DNA of 64,000 nucleotides from Treponema sp. (GTDB taxonomy: Bacteria > Spirochaetota > Spirochaetia > Treponematales > Treponemataceae), in the NCBI GenBank assembly GCA_023231445.1, contig JALNVF010000002.1, forward strand, positions 481 to 64,480, read 5' to 3'. Within the stretch, counting starts at the first letter, position 1. Each line of letters opens with the position of its first letter. This document shows, in pieces, positions 20,434 to 29,964 of this stretch. The notes beneath the pieces were generated by a model. That model searched no databases, was not told where the DNA came from, and saw only the letters and a list, made by a program, of their open reading frames with translations. Made by a program: the position numbers and the translations under genes.

Positions 20434-21333
20434 ATGATAGTCACCGGGAAAAAAATATGTAACTGCATCAAATATTTTTGCGCTGTAATTATAGTAGCTG
20501 CCGTATATCTGCCTGTGTTTGCAGATAGTTCGTATACTGTTCAGCGTGGTGATACTTTGTATTCAATAAGCCGGAAATATCAGCTCACCGTAGCTGAACT
20601 TCGTACTGCGAATAATCTGACTGATGAAGATGTTATAAAAGCCGGGCAGCGGCTTGTTATTCCGTCTGCCGATATTTCAAATGCAGCGGCCCTTTCCACC
20701 ACCCCTGATTCCGATCACAAAACAGAAGCGGTTCCGGGCGGAACATATACAGTTGTAAAGGGAGATACGCTTTACGGTATAGCAAGAAAGTATAATATGA
20801 AACTTGCCGAACTGCTTTCGTTAAACAATATGGGAAGCGACGCAGTTATAAAATCCGGTCAGAAGATTATAGTGAACGGCATTACATCTGCAGCGGGATT
20901 ACATAAAGATGATGTGCCGGTAAAGACCAGCCCCGACAGGAAAAACGGAAATGACGATGTTCAGAAGTCCGTCAGTTCTTCGCTTATGTGGCCTGTCGCT
21001 GATCCAAGTATAACATATATAAAGGGAAAAGTATCAGGTGTTGAACTTTCGGCAAAAAAGAACGAACAGGTAAAGTCTATCCGGGCGGGAACCGTCATGT
21101 ATACTGGTATGTACCGCGGATACGGCAGAGTAGTATTTGTTGAATCAAAGACAGGTCTTATTTATGCATATTCATGGCTGGGGGCTGTAAGTGTAAGAAA
21201 AGGTGACTATGTTGTTTGCGGTGATCCTGTCGGTACTGCCGGCAGGGATCCTGACACTGGGCGTCCGCGTCTTTCTTTTATGGTCTTTAAAAATGGTATG
21301 CCGATGGATCCTGCCGAAGCTCCCAGAGGGTGA
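20434..21333 (+). CDS. LysM x2 plus degenerate M23 domain protein (NlpD-like)
   Basis: YTVQRGDTLYSISRKY and YTVVKGDTLYGIARKY LysM repeats; C-terminal M23 fold (GYGRVV, VRKGDYV, VGTAG) without Zn ligands. Confidence 0.88.
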   Translation: MIVTGKKICNCIKYFCAVIIVAAVYLPVFADSSYTVQRGDTLYSISRKYQLTVAELRTANNLTDEDVIKAGQRLVIPSADISNAAALSTTPDSDHKTEAVPGGTYTVVKGDTLYGIARKYNMKLAELLSLNNMGSDAVIKSGQKIIVNGITSAAGLHKDDVPVKTSPDRKNGNDDVQKSVSSSLMWPVADPSITYIKGKVSGVELSAKKNEQVKSIRAGTVMYTGMYRGYGRVVFVESKTGLIYAYSWLGAVSVRKGDYVVCGDPVGTAGRDPDTGRPRLSFMVFKNGMPMDPAEAPRG

Positions 21334-21430
21334 CTTACAGAAACGACATCCTGTCGTTTCTGTAAGATTCGGTAATTCCGGTAAGCCGGAATTACCGACG
21401 ATCAGGGACGCGCATCCATGCGCTTGCCTG
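21334..21430. repeat. Cluster of three consecutive inverted repeats between convergent genes
   Basis: 15-bp IR 21334-21348/21352-21366; 13-bp IR 21369-21381/21386-21398 (loop TAAG); GCGCAT-CC-ATGCGC 21410-21423. No poly-U tails. Confidence 0.8.
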
Positions 21431-21506
21431 TGGTTGCAGTAATAGAGAAGAAATACGGTACAACGCTATCACTGTAAAACTGTATGAAACAGGGAAAAAT
21501 AATCGT

Positions 21507-22088
21507 TTATATCTTTTGTACGGATTCGGTATCCTTTATGCAGCGGAGAAAAATTTCGCTGCAGACACGGGCATCGTCACATGCTCTGTGTGCATCTTCT
21601 ACCTTTATATTCATTGCATTTGCCAGATATTGAAGTCCATGATGAGAAGATGAAGGGTACGCCCAACGGCTCAGATTGAGTGTATCTATAGCTTTATTTC
21701 CCATTGAAGGCATGCTGCATCGTTCCAGTTCCTTATTAAGAAACAATAGATCGAACGGAGCATTATGAGCAATCAGAATGGAATTACCGATAAAATTAAT
21801 AAATTCCGGCAGTACGGTTTTTATAACCGGTGCAGAAGCAACCATCGTATCTGTAATGTGGTTTATATTTGTAGAACCGGCGGGAATCGGCGATTCCGGA
21901 TTGATGAGCGTATTGAATGTGTTAATAATACCGGATTTATCAAATTGAACTGCGCCTATTTCAATAATACGGCATGTGTCGGGGGAAAGTCCGGTTGTCT
22001 CAGTATCAACTGCTGTAAAGACTGTTCCGTTATTTAATAAACGGAGCAGTCTTTTATAGTCTCTGAGCAGTTTATTTGGAAGCTGCAT
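21507..22088 (-). CDS. DEDDh 3'-5' exonuclease (DnaQ/PolC epsilon-like)
   Basis: AVDTETTG, AHNAPFDL, HRACDDA. Confidence 0.92.
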   Translation of the reverse strand: MQLPNKLLRDYKRLLRLLNNGTVFTAVDTETTGLSPDTCRIIEIGAVQFDKSGIINTFNTLINPESPIPAGSTNINHITDTMVASAPVIKTVLPEFINFIGNSILIAHNAPFDLLFLNKELERCSMPSMGNKAIDTLNLSRWAYPSSSHHGLQYLANAMNIKVEDAHRACDDARVCSEIFLRCIKDTESVQKI

Positions 22089-23856
22089 CGAGTGTAGCTT
22101 TTATCTCTGATACGATAGAATCACAGAGCGAAGCTGATTCTTTTCGTGCACGGGCAAGACCTGTCTCGTTGTGCTCTGCAACGGGAACTACGGTATTTAT
22201 ATAGAATTTGATTTTTGGTTCAGTACCTGACGGACGAGCACTCACAACGGTCCCTCCCTCGAGGAAGAACTGAAGGACGTTGCTTTTCGGCATATCGTAT
22301 GGTTTTACAGAAGCGGGATCCGCAGGATCAAATGTTACACTTCGTTCGACGTCCCGGATCATTATAACGCGTTTGCCACCGAGTTCTTTCAAACCATCAC
22401 TGCGGAGTTTTGTCATGATACCTGACATGATTTCACTACCGCTTGATCCCGGAAAATACTGAGAAATCGCACGGTCTTCAAAATAACCGTACTCTTTATA
22501 CATATCATCAAGGTGTTCAATCAGACTCTTCCCTCTGCTTCTCCAGTAGAGCGTCATTTCTGCACAAAGTGCAGCGGCAGAAATGCCATCCTTATCAAAT
22601 ACTTCTTTTTCGATTTTATATCCATAGCTTTCTTCAAGGCCGAATACATATTCGCCTGAGTGATCGGCTTCCATCTTTGCCTCAGCCGCAGCGATCCACT
22701 TGAAACCGGTAAGACATTCGATCATTGAAACACCGTATTTCTTACAGATTGCATCGCCAAAAGGTGAAGTAACGATAGAACGGACTACCGCCGGTTTTTC
22801 CGGCATTGTTCCGAGTTCTTTACGCGAAAGCAGTACATATTCCATAAGAAGAGCACCCATCTGGTTTCCGCTTAGAAGGATAAATTTACCATTTTCATCG
22901 GGAAAAGCAGTTCCGAAACGGTCTGCGTCCGGGTCTGTTGCCATAACACAGTCCGCATGTTCTTTTTCACCAAGTGCGACGGCCATTTTAAGCGCTGGTG
23001 CTTCTTCCGGATTCGGCTTTTCGACAGTCGGAAAATCACCGTCAGGTTTACGCTGTTCCGGAACAGTTATAACCTTGAGCCCAAGGTCCCCGAGTACTTT
23101 CTCGACATGCATTGCACCTGTTCCGTGAAGCGGTGTATAAACTATTTTTACGTCTTTTGCATGATCCCGTATTAACGACGGGCGGAAAAGCTGGCGTTTA
23201 CACATATCCCAGAACGGTTCATCAATCTGCTTATCAATGAAAACGAGTTTACCTGTTTTTACAGCTTCTTCCTTTGAGAGTTCCTTAACTTCTTTTATTG
23301 CATTTACTTCTTTGATAATACCGGTATCATGTGGTTCAATGACCTGCGCCCCGTCGTTCCAGTATGCTTTGTAGCCGTTATACATACGGGGATTATGGGA
23401 AGCGGTAACAACAACGCCGGTATCAGCATGAAGCGACCTGATAGCGAATGAAAGTTCCGGAGTAGGGCGTACTCCGGTGAACAGATATGCTTTGATACCG
23501 TTTGCAGCGAAGATACATGCCGTCGCCTGCGCAAAAATGTCCGAATTCTTACGACTGTCGTATGCAATTACTGCACTAAGTGTTCCTGCTTTTGCTTTAT
23601 CGGGGAATGCTTTAATAACATAGTTTGCAAGCCCCTGCGTTGCACGATTTATTTCAAGTGTATTCATGCGGTTTGTACCGCCGCCCATGATGCCGCGCAG
23701 GCCGCCTGTTCCGAATTCAAGCGTCTGATAGAAGCGGTCCTCAAGTTCTTTTATATCATTTTTGGCAACCAGTTCTTCCACCTCTTTACGGAAACATTCA
23801 TCCTTTTCCTCTGCAATATATGCTTTTGCACGTTTTAAGATCTCTTCCTTATCCAT
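22072..23856 (-). CDS. Phosphoglucomutase/phosphomannomutase
   Basis: FGTGGLRG, TASHNP (phosphoserine), DPDADR, GLEESYG, RPSGTEPKIK. Confidence 0.93.
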   Translation of the reverse strand: MDKEEILKRAKAYIAEEKDECFRKEVEELVAKNDIKELEDRFYQTLEFGTGGLRGIMGGGTNRMNTLEINRATQGLANYVIKAFPDKAKAGTLSAVIAYDSRKNSDIFAQATACIFAANGIKAYLFTGVRPTPELSFAIRSLHADTGVVVTASHNPRMYNGYKAYWNDGAQVIEPHDTGIIKEVNAIKEVKELSKEEAVKTGKLVFIDKQIDEPFWDMCKRQLFRPSLIRDHAKDVKIVYTPLHGTGAMHVEKVLGDLGLKVITVPEQRKPDGDFPTVEKPNPEEAPALKMAVALGEKEHADCVMATDPDADRFGTAFPDENGKFILLSGNQMGALLMEYVLLSRKELGTMPEKPAVVRSIVTSPFGDAICKKYGVSMIECLTGFKWIAAAEAKMEADHSGEYVFGLEESYGYKIEKEVFDKDGISAAALCAEMTLYWRSRGKSLIEHLDDMYKEYGYFEDRAISQYFPGSSGSEIMSGIMTKLRSDGLKELGGKRVIMIRDVERSVTFDPADPASVKPYDMPKSNVLQFFLEGGTVVSARPSGTEPKIKFYINTVVPVAEHNETGLARARKESASLCDSIVSEIKATLDAASK

Positions 23857-23886
23857 TTTTAAAACTCCTTAGATATACAATAATAT

Positions 23887-25650
23887 TCAGTTATCTGCTT
23901 TCCTGAGCATGTCTGTCTCCCATTCCAGTAATTCTCTTTCTTCACCTTCTGCGGAACCCTTTACATCACACATGATGCGGAATACAGGTTCTGTACCGGA
24001 GCCTCTCATCCAGATGAATGCACACGGTTTTTTCTCTCTGTCAGAGAAGATAATTTTGAGTCCGCCTCTGCCGCTTACGGAAAAATCTGCTGTATTTCGT
24101 ACTTCTGCCGTTCCGTTTGTAAGGATAGATTCGTACGTGAGTATACCATATTTTTTAGAAAATGTATCAGCCTTTATTTTCCATTCAGTTTCGAAAATTT
24201 TTTGGAATCTGCCTTTAAGCAGCGCATGATCGGCCGCTTTTATATGAAGTATGGCACGAGGTTCTGAGACTCCTGTTGTTGTATAGACCGGGATTGTACT
24301 GATGACATCGGTGAGCGTAAAATCTTCCTTGTATGTATGTCCTGATTTCCTGCACCATGTCCGGTACAGACCGTCAATATTTATGAGTTTGATAATGGCA
24401 AATACAGAGGAAAGCGGATCACGTACGGAAGACGGATGTGTTATGTTTCCTCCATTGCTTCCTTCTCCGCATATACGGACCGTATAGCCTGCATTACGGG
24501 CGTTACGGGCTGTATTTACGACGTTTGCCTCACCGACTTCCGCCCTGAATACTTTTGCTCCGAATACTTCGGCAATCTCATTAATCCTCATCGATGTAGG
24601 ACCATTTACTGCAACAGCCGGTTTATAATCTGCAGCGCTGCCGTAGAGCATGTCAGCATATGCAAGTTCTGCAAGAACGGCAAGAGCGAATACTTCCTGC
24701 GCTTTCAGTATGTCTGCCTTCTGTTTTTTTTCATCCCAGTACACAATATTTCCGCGGTCCCCGTCACAGTCCGGCATATAACCGATTACTGCATCAGTAT
24801 GACCTTCTGCCTGAAGCCGCTCCATTTCTTTTGCACACCAGACAAGGTTTTCCGCCTCAGGTATGATTTCATGTACGATATCGCCTGCGGTGTTGTTGAT
24901 TGCGTAGAATGATATTCCGTTTTCTGTAAAAAAATCTCTGTCAATAGAAAGTGTCCGTGCAGAACCGTTCATATCACATACGACACCGACGGGATGCTTT
25001 TCTGTTGATTTTCGTATCTGTGAAAAAACTTCATTTTGTTTTTCCGGTGTTTTAACCGCAGTAACAACTTCACGGATGAACGCTTTATAGGAAGAGAGTG
25101 CTTTTTGTTTACATTCGGGTGATTCAGCATATATCCAGTCGACATCGGACGTACTGCAGGAATTAAGGACTGTGGCAGCCTTCTGCATTGCCTGTAAATC
25201 AGCGCATTTTTCCGTAAATGACTTAACAAGTTTTTCGTTTTCTTCAGAGTTAAGAACGCCTCCGTCATTAAGACCGAATTTTAAACCGTTATGTCCGACC
25301 GGATTATGACTTGCAGAGATATAAATGAAACCATCCATTTTTTTTGCATATGCCATGATTTCAGGCGCAGCCGTAATACCGAGATAGCGTACGATGGTTT
25401 TTTTTGCAAGCAGCGTATGGATGACTGCGGAAGATATTGCGGGACCTGTCGGACGGGCATCCATTCCGCATACGATGACTGGTGACTGCTGCTTTGTTGC
25501 ATTACGAATATAATCTGCAAAAACTTCTGCAGCGATAACTGCTAATACCGTATTTTCTGCTCCGATTTCCGGTGTATTGTCCTGGGCTTCTCCTGATTTT
25601 GCAAATACCTTGCGCCATCCGGATGCCGAAAGAATCATGTTATGTTGCAT
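23887..25650 (-). CDS. Second, divergent alpha-D-phosphohexomutase
   Basis: LSASGWRKVF, SASHNP, PDCDGDR, GEGSNGG, RGSGTEP. Start placed at ATG 25650 (track gives 25707). Confidence 0.85.
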   Translation of the reverse strand: MQHNMILSASGWRKVFAKSGEAQDNTPEIGAENTVLAVIAAEVFADYIRNATKQQSPVIVCGMDARPTGPAISSAVIHTLLAKKTIVRYLGITAAPEIMAYAKKMDGFIYISASHNPVGHNGLKFGLNDGGVLNSEENEKLVKSFTEKCADLQAMQKAATVLNSCSTSDVDWIYAESPECKQKALSSYKAFIREVVTAVKTPEKQNEVFSQIRKSTEKHPVGVVCDMNGSARTLSIDRDFFTENGISFYAINNTAGDIVHEIIPEAENLVWCAKEMERLQAEGHTDAVIGYMPDCDGDRGNIVYWDEKKQKADILKAQEVFALAVLAELAYADMLYGSAADYKPAVAVNGPTSMRINEIAEVFGAKVFRAEVGEANVVNTARNARNAGYTVRICGEGSNGGNITHPSSVRDPLSSVFAIIKLINIDGLYRTWCRKSGHTYKEDFTLTDVISTIPVYTTTGVSEPRAILHIKAADHALLKGRFQKIFETEWKIKADTFSKKYGILTYESILTNGTAEVRNTADFSVSGRGGLKIIFSDREKKPCAFIWMRGSGTEPVFRIMCDVKGSAEGEERELLEWETDMLRKADN

Positions 25651-25740
25651 AGTTATTACTATAACATGAAAGTTTTGCCGGTTCAAGTTAATATACTGCA
25701 GGAACATATCTGAAGGGGGCCATTCCCTTAAAATGTTTTT

Positions 25741-26928
25741 TTGATTATAGTACGAATTGTGAACTTTACTGAAGAAAAATTGCCCCGGGAAGGGGATTCT
25801 GTTATTGTCGGAATGTCAGGCGGTATCGATTCAACCCTTACTGCGTTGATTCTCAAACAGAAAGGCTGCCGCGTTATTGGTGTAACTATGTCTCTGTGGA
25901 AAGGTGATCTGCCCGAACTTCCGGGAGGGCAGAAACTGCATTCATCGTGTTATGGTCCGGATGAAACGGAAGATATTGAAGAATGTACGAAATTTTGTGA
26001 AGAGCAGCATATAGAATATCATGTGATAGATGTAAAGAATCAATACCAGCAGCAGGTACTTGATTATTTCAAGGCAGAATACCGCGCCGGACGTACTCCC
26101 AATCCGTGTATCCGGTGCAACAGTTTTATAAAATTCGGTGCACTCCTCGATGGTGTACAGAAACAGGGAATAGAATATGATTATTTCTGTACCGGACATT
26201 ATGCAAAAATCGTGAGGCCCGATGAAGGTCTCTGGAATACCGGTGTACGTCCGGCAATGATTGCTGATTCACTCGACCGTACAAAAAATCAGACCTATTT
26301 TCTGTATCGCGTTCCCTCTGCAACACTGGAAAAAGTACGTTTCCCGCTTGCCGGTATTGAAAAAAAAGATGTGTTCCGCATGGCCAGAGAGGCAAAACTC
26401 AAAGCGGCAGAACGTACAGAAAGTCAGGATTTTATTCCGCCTGAGTACTTTGACATGCTGTTTGCAGACAGAGAATCTGTTCCCGGCAAAATAATCGATC
26501 TTGACGGTCACGTACTCGGAACACACAAAGGAATAGAGCATTATACCGTAGGGCAGCGGAGAGGACTCGGGGTGTCGGCAAATCGTCCGCTTTATGTTCA
26601 CTCCATTGATGCAGAAAATAATCTGGTAATTCTTGCCGACAACGAGGATCTGAATTCTTCTGCTCTTATAGCATCTGATTTTGTCTGGCCGGGTAATGTC
26701 GTGCCGGACACTGCTTTCGATGCAATGGTTAAGATCAGATTTGCATCCCGTCCGGTGCAGGCTCATATCGAGCGGTATACACCGGGAGAAGGGGAAAAAT
26801 TTAACGGAGAACCGTATAAAATTACGTTTGCTGAAAAAGAACGGGCCGTCGCTCCCGGTCAGTCTGTCGTCTTGTACCGCGATGGAGTTATAGCGGGCGG
26901 TGGTATTATTGGCAGGGCTCTTCCGTAA
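25741..26928 (+). CDS. mnmA: tRNA 2-thiouridylase MnmA (variant)
   Basis: MSGGIDS PP-loop, PNPCIRCN, TGHYA, GQRRGLG, APGQSVV. Start is TTG 25741 or GTG 25759. Confidence 0.93.
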   Translation: MIIVRIVNFTEEKLPREGDSVIVGMSGGIDSTLTALILKQKGCRVIGVTMSLWKGDLPELPGGQKLHSSCYGPDETEDIEECTKFCEEQHIEYHVIDVKNQYQQQVLDYFKAEYRAGRTPNPCIRCNSFIKFGALLDGVQKQGIEYDYFCTGHYAKIVRPDEGLWNTGVRPAMIADSLDRTKNQTYFLYRVPSATLEKVRFPLAGIEKKDVFRMAREAKLKAAERTESQDFIPPEYFDMLFADRESVPGKIIDLDGHVLGTHKGIEHYTVGQRRGLGVSANRPLYVHSIDAENNLVILADNEDLNSSALIASDFVWPGNVVPDTAFDAMVKIRFASRPVQAHIERYTPGEGEKFNGEPYKITFAEKERAVAPGQSVVLYRDGVIAGGGIIGRALP

Positions 26929-26963
26929 TTACATTTTATGAAATGGTTTTACCAAAATACCTA

Positions 26964-26993
26964 TTGACATAGTAGGTAATAAAACACTAAAGT
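26964..26993 (+). promoter_or_regulatory. Candidate sigma70 promoter for metQ
   Basis: TTGACA(26964-26969)-N18-TAAAGT(26988-26993); strong SD GAGGAGG. Confidence 0.45.
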
Positions 26994-27028
26994 ACGCATA
27001 TACTGCATAAAATCCTGAGGAGGAAAAT

Positions 27029-27841
27029 ATGAAACATGTATGGAAAAAGGCTGTATTGGCTGTTTTTGCTGCACTCATAGTTACAGGTGGCATTTTTGCA
27101 AAATCGAAAAAATCGAAACAAAACGTACTCACCGTTGGTGCAACTCCTGAACCGCACGCAGAGATTCTTAACCTGCTGGTCGATGATCTTGCAAAACAGG
27201 GCATAACACTCAAAGTTGTTGAGTTTACCGACTATGTGACACCGAACGAAGCTGTTGAATCAGGCGAGATAGATGCGAATTATTTTCAGCATAAACCGTA
27301 TATGGATTCTTTTAACAAAGAGAAGGGATACCATCTTGTGAGCGTTGTCGGCGTTCACGTTGAACCGCTTGCTCTGTATTCACATAAAATAAAACGTGCT
27401 GCTGATCTAAAGGACGGTTCTACAATTGCTGTTCCGAATGATCCGACCAACGAAGGCCGCGCACTGCTGTTACTTCAGTCTGCCGGTTATATTAAAATTG
27501 ATCCGAAAGCAGACCTTACGGCTGTTCCTGCCGATATTATCGAGAATAAAAAGAATCTGCAGTTCAAGGAAATCGAGGCCGCGTCACTTCCCCGTGTTCT
27601 CGACGATGTTGATGCTGCCGTCATCAACGGTAATTATGCACTTCCTGCCGGATTGACTGCATCGAAAGACGGACTTATTGTTGAAGGAAAAGATTCTCCA
27701 TATGTTAATATTCTTACGGTAAAAGACGGCATGCAGAATGATCCGCGCATTAAGGCTCTTGCAAAAGCTCTTACAAGTCAGAAAGTAAAAGATTACATCA
27801 CAAAGAAATATCCGAACGGTGAAGTCGTAGCTGTATTTTAA
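27029..27841 (+). CDS. metQ: MetQ/NlpA-family methionine ABC substrate-binding protein
   Basis: VGATPEPH, FTDYVTPN, DANYFQHKPY, VPNDPTNEGRALLLL, INGNYA, SPYVN. Confidence 0.93.
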   Translation: MKHVWKKAVLAVFAALIVTGGIFAKSKKSKQNVLTVGATPEPHAEILNLLVDDLAKQGITLKVVEFTDYVTPNEAVESGEIDANYFQHKPYMDSFNKEKGYHLVSVVGVHVEPLALYSHKIKRAADLKDGSTIAVPNDPTNEGRALLLLQSAGYIKIDPKADLTAVPADIIENKKNLQFKEIEAASLPRVLDDVDAAVINGNYALPAGLTASKDGLIVEGKDSPYVNILTVKDGMQNDPRIKALAKALTSQKVKDYITKKYPNGEVVAVF

Positions 27842-27873
27842 GGATACACTGATTTTCTGTCAGAATAACAATA

Positions 27874-27920
27874 CAAACAAAAAAAGGAGATGTTCACCGG
27901 ACATCTCCTTTTTTTGTTTG
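27874..27920. terminator. Bidirectional intrinsic terminator
   Basis: Perfect 20-bp IR CAAACAAAAAAAGGAGATGT / ACATCTCCTTTTTTTGTTTG between convergent genes. Confidence 0.9.
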
Positions 27921-27961
27921 TGCGGAAGAACCTGCCCCCTGCACCCGGGGAGGTCCTCTGT

Positions 27962-28822
27962 CTAGTAAATTGTTAAAGAATATGCAGATGTCGTTTCTTT
28001 CCCGAGTATGTCGGTAAGCGTCATGCCAAGCGTATTTTTTCCCGGAGTAAGTATAACTTCTCCGAGCAGTTGAAGCCGGTCGTCCGGATAGAGTTCTTCC
28101 TTCGGATAGTTTTTGCGTCCGGCAACACAGACGGTATTTCCGTCCCTGATCAGCTGATCATACGTAACAGTATCAATGATAATGCCGTTTATTGTTATAC
28201 GGGTTTTATACGGTATTGCAACAGGCTGTCGTAGTCTGTACACACGGTACAGACCGGAAGGTATTGTCCGTTGTATGAGAAGATCATAGCGTGTACCTGT
28301 TTTGTTTTCCAGTGTAATTCCTGTAAGCGTGAGGGGAAGTTCTTCACCGATACGGGGCATAAGCACGCGGGGATTGACTGCTGTATTGTTTTTTGTATCA
28401 ATAATCTGAAATTCAAGGCTGCTTCGTCCCTGCTGCCAGCCTGAATTTCCGCTTGATCCGAATACTGTACCGTTTTTTACAGAAACAGTGCTGTATATTG
28501 ATTTTGAAAGTGTTTCTCCGTCGATATTGCCGTATACCGTGAGCAGACTGCCGTTGTTCGCTACGATGACTGCATTTCCCAGAGATGAAGGAAAGAAACA
28601 GGAGTCGTCGTCGTATTCGTTAATAACAGCAATTATTTTACCATTTTCAGCTGCCCTGACATCAGATGTATCAGCGAAAACAAGCGACGTGCTGATTGTT
28701 CCGCCGCGAAGCTGTCCGAAATATGAATAAAAGGAATCGGACGTAATTTCTTCCTGCGGCCAGTCAAAGGCAGCAAGAGGAAATGATACAGCCAAAAGCA
28801 GAAGTAGTAAGTACTTTTTCAT
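27962..28822 (-). CDS. Exported protein with a degenerate M23-peptidase-like domain
   Basis: Signal peptide; VRAAENGKI, LGNAVIV, FGSSGNSG, LEFQIID...VNP; the HxxxD and HxH ligands are absent. Confidence 0.78.
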   Translation of the reverse strand: MKKYLLLLLLAVSFPLAAFDWPQEEITSDSFYSYFGQLRGGTISTSLVFADTSDVRAAENGKIIAVINEYDDDSCFFPSSLGNAVIVANNGSLLTVYGNIDGETLSKSIYSTVSVKNGTVFGSSGNSGWQQGRSSLEFQIIDTKNNTAVNPRVLMPRIGEELPLTLTGITLENKTGTRYDLLIQRTIPSGLYRVYRLRQPVAIPYKTRITINGIIIDTVTYDQLIRDGNTVCVAGRKNYPKEELYPDDRLQLLGEVILTPGKNTLGMTLTDILGKETTSAYSLTIY

Positions 28823-28839
28823 AAGTTTCCTCGAATTAT

Positions 28840-29901
28840 TTATTTCTTTTCAAGCGTGATCCGCGAGATAGTTGTATCCTTTCCTACGAACAGATTATTT
28901 CCGTCAGTACGAATAAAAGCGGATCCTGCATCAAATGAAAACGACCCGCAGAGAGTGTTGAATTTTTCAATTGCATAAACAGTATATGTTTTATTCTGTT
29001 TCGTAAGGAGGAATACCATATTTCCGGCTTCCTGCAGCGAAATCGCCTGCCCCTTAACCGGAATGTGAGAATGTTTTCTGCCGTTTGAATCTACAATCCC
29101 GAGTCCCCCGTTGAAATTATACCAGATTATATTGTTATCTCTGCTGAACTGTACAAGACGCTGATGAGGATCATTCTGTCCGACAAATTCATGAAAAATG
29201 ATTTTAGTATGTGTACCGTCCTTTTTTGCAAGAACGAACCGTTGTCTGCCCTGTCCGCTGACCGTAGCAACTGTCTGGCCGTCGGATGAAAGTGCCGCAC
29301 CGAGTATGACGGAATAGTCGCTTCCGCCGGGAACAAATTCCTGTAACGTTTTGCCGTATTTTGATATTTCACGGACAGTACCGTCTGCAAATCCTACGAT
29401 GCAGCCTGCTTCGGAAGAATCAAACGCGGTAATGGGGACTGTTCCTCCATACTGCCAGTTTTTTGATCCGTCCTGATTACACTGTACAATCGAGGACCCA
29501 CCCGGAAGAAACACGAAAATACGATTTTCCTCGAACAGAGGAAAACCGCTTTCCTCTATTGTACCGGCGTCGGAACCGTCTGCATGATAAAATTTAACAG
29601 ATGAGCTGTCTGCCGTGTAGGAAGTAAAATACGAATCAGAAATAGTTGCTTTGAACGGAAATGTCATAAGAGAGATAATTTTACCGCTTCCGGTGAAATA
29701 ACCCATAGTCTGACCTAAATGAAAGTATAATGGTTTTTCAGCAGGATCAGGAGACGAAATACTTTGTGCATTTATGTCTATTTTCCATTCAGGAATAAAC
29801 TGATACTCCGTTGTGAGTGGATGGGCTGCAAGTATTATATATGCGATGCAGAAAAGAATGCTCAGAAATACATAAAAACCAATGTTTTTTTTTGTCCTCA
29901 T
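28840..29901 (-). CDS. Membrane-anchored beta-propeller-like (WD40/PQQ-like) hypothetical protein
   Basis: N-terminal hydrophobic helix and short repeated beta-strand blocks (NWQY..., ITAFD..., VGFADGTV, ALSSDGQTVA). Start placed at ATG 29901. Confidence 0.7.
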   Translation of the reverse strand: MRTKKNIGFYVFLSILFCIAYIILAAHPLTTEYQFIPEWKIDINAQSISSPDPAEKPLYFHLGQTMGYFTGSGKIISLMTFPFKATISDSYFTSYTADSSSVKFYHADGSDAGTIEESGFPLFEENRIFVFLPGGSSIVQCNQDGSKNWQYGGTVPITAFDSSEAGCIVGFADGTVREISKYGKTLQEFVPGGSDYSVILGAALSSDGQTVATVSGQGRQRFVLAKKDGTHTKIIFHEFVGQNDPHQRLVQFSRDNNIIWYNFNGGLGIVDSNGRKHSHIPVKGQAISLQEAGNMVFLLTKQNKTYTVYAIEKFNTLCGSFSFDAGSAFIRTDGNNLFVGKDTTISRITLEKK

Positions 29902-29912
29902 ATTAAAAAATA

Positions 29913-29921
29913 TGCTATAAT
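29913..29921 (+). promoter_or_regulatory. Extended -10 promoter for cdd
   Basis: TGcTATAAT at 29913-29921. Confidence 0.6.
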
Positions 29922-29964
29922 AATCGGTAAAGACTGTCAAGAAAAAATGAAGAGGTTAAAAAAT

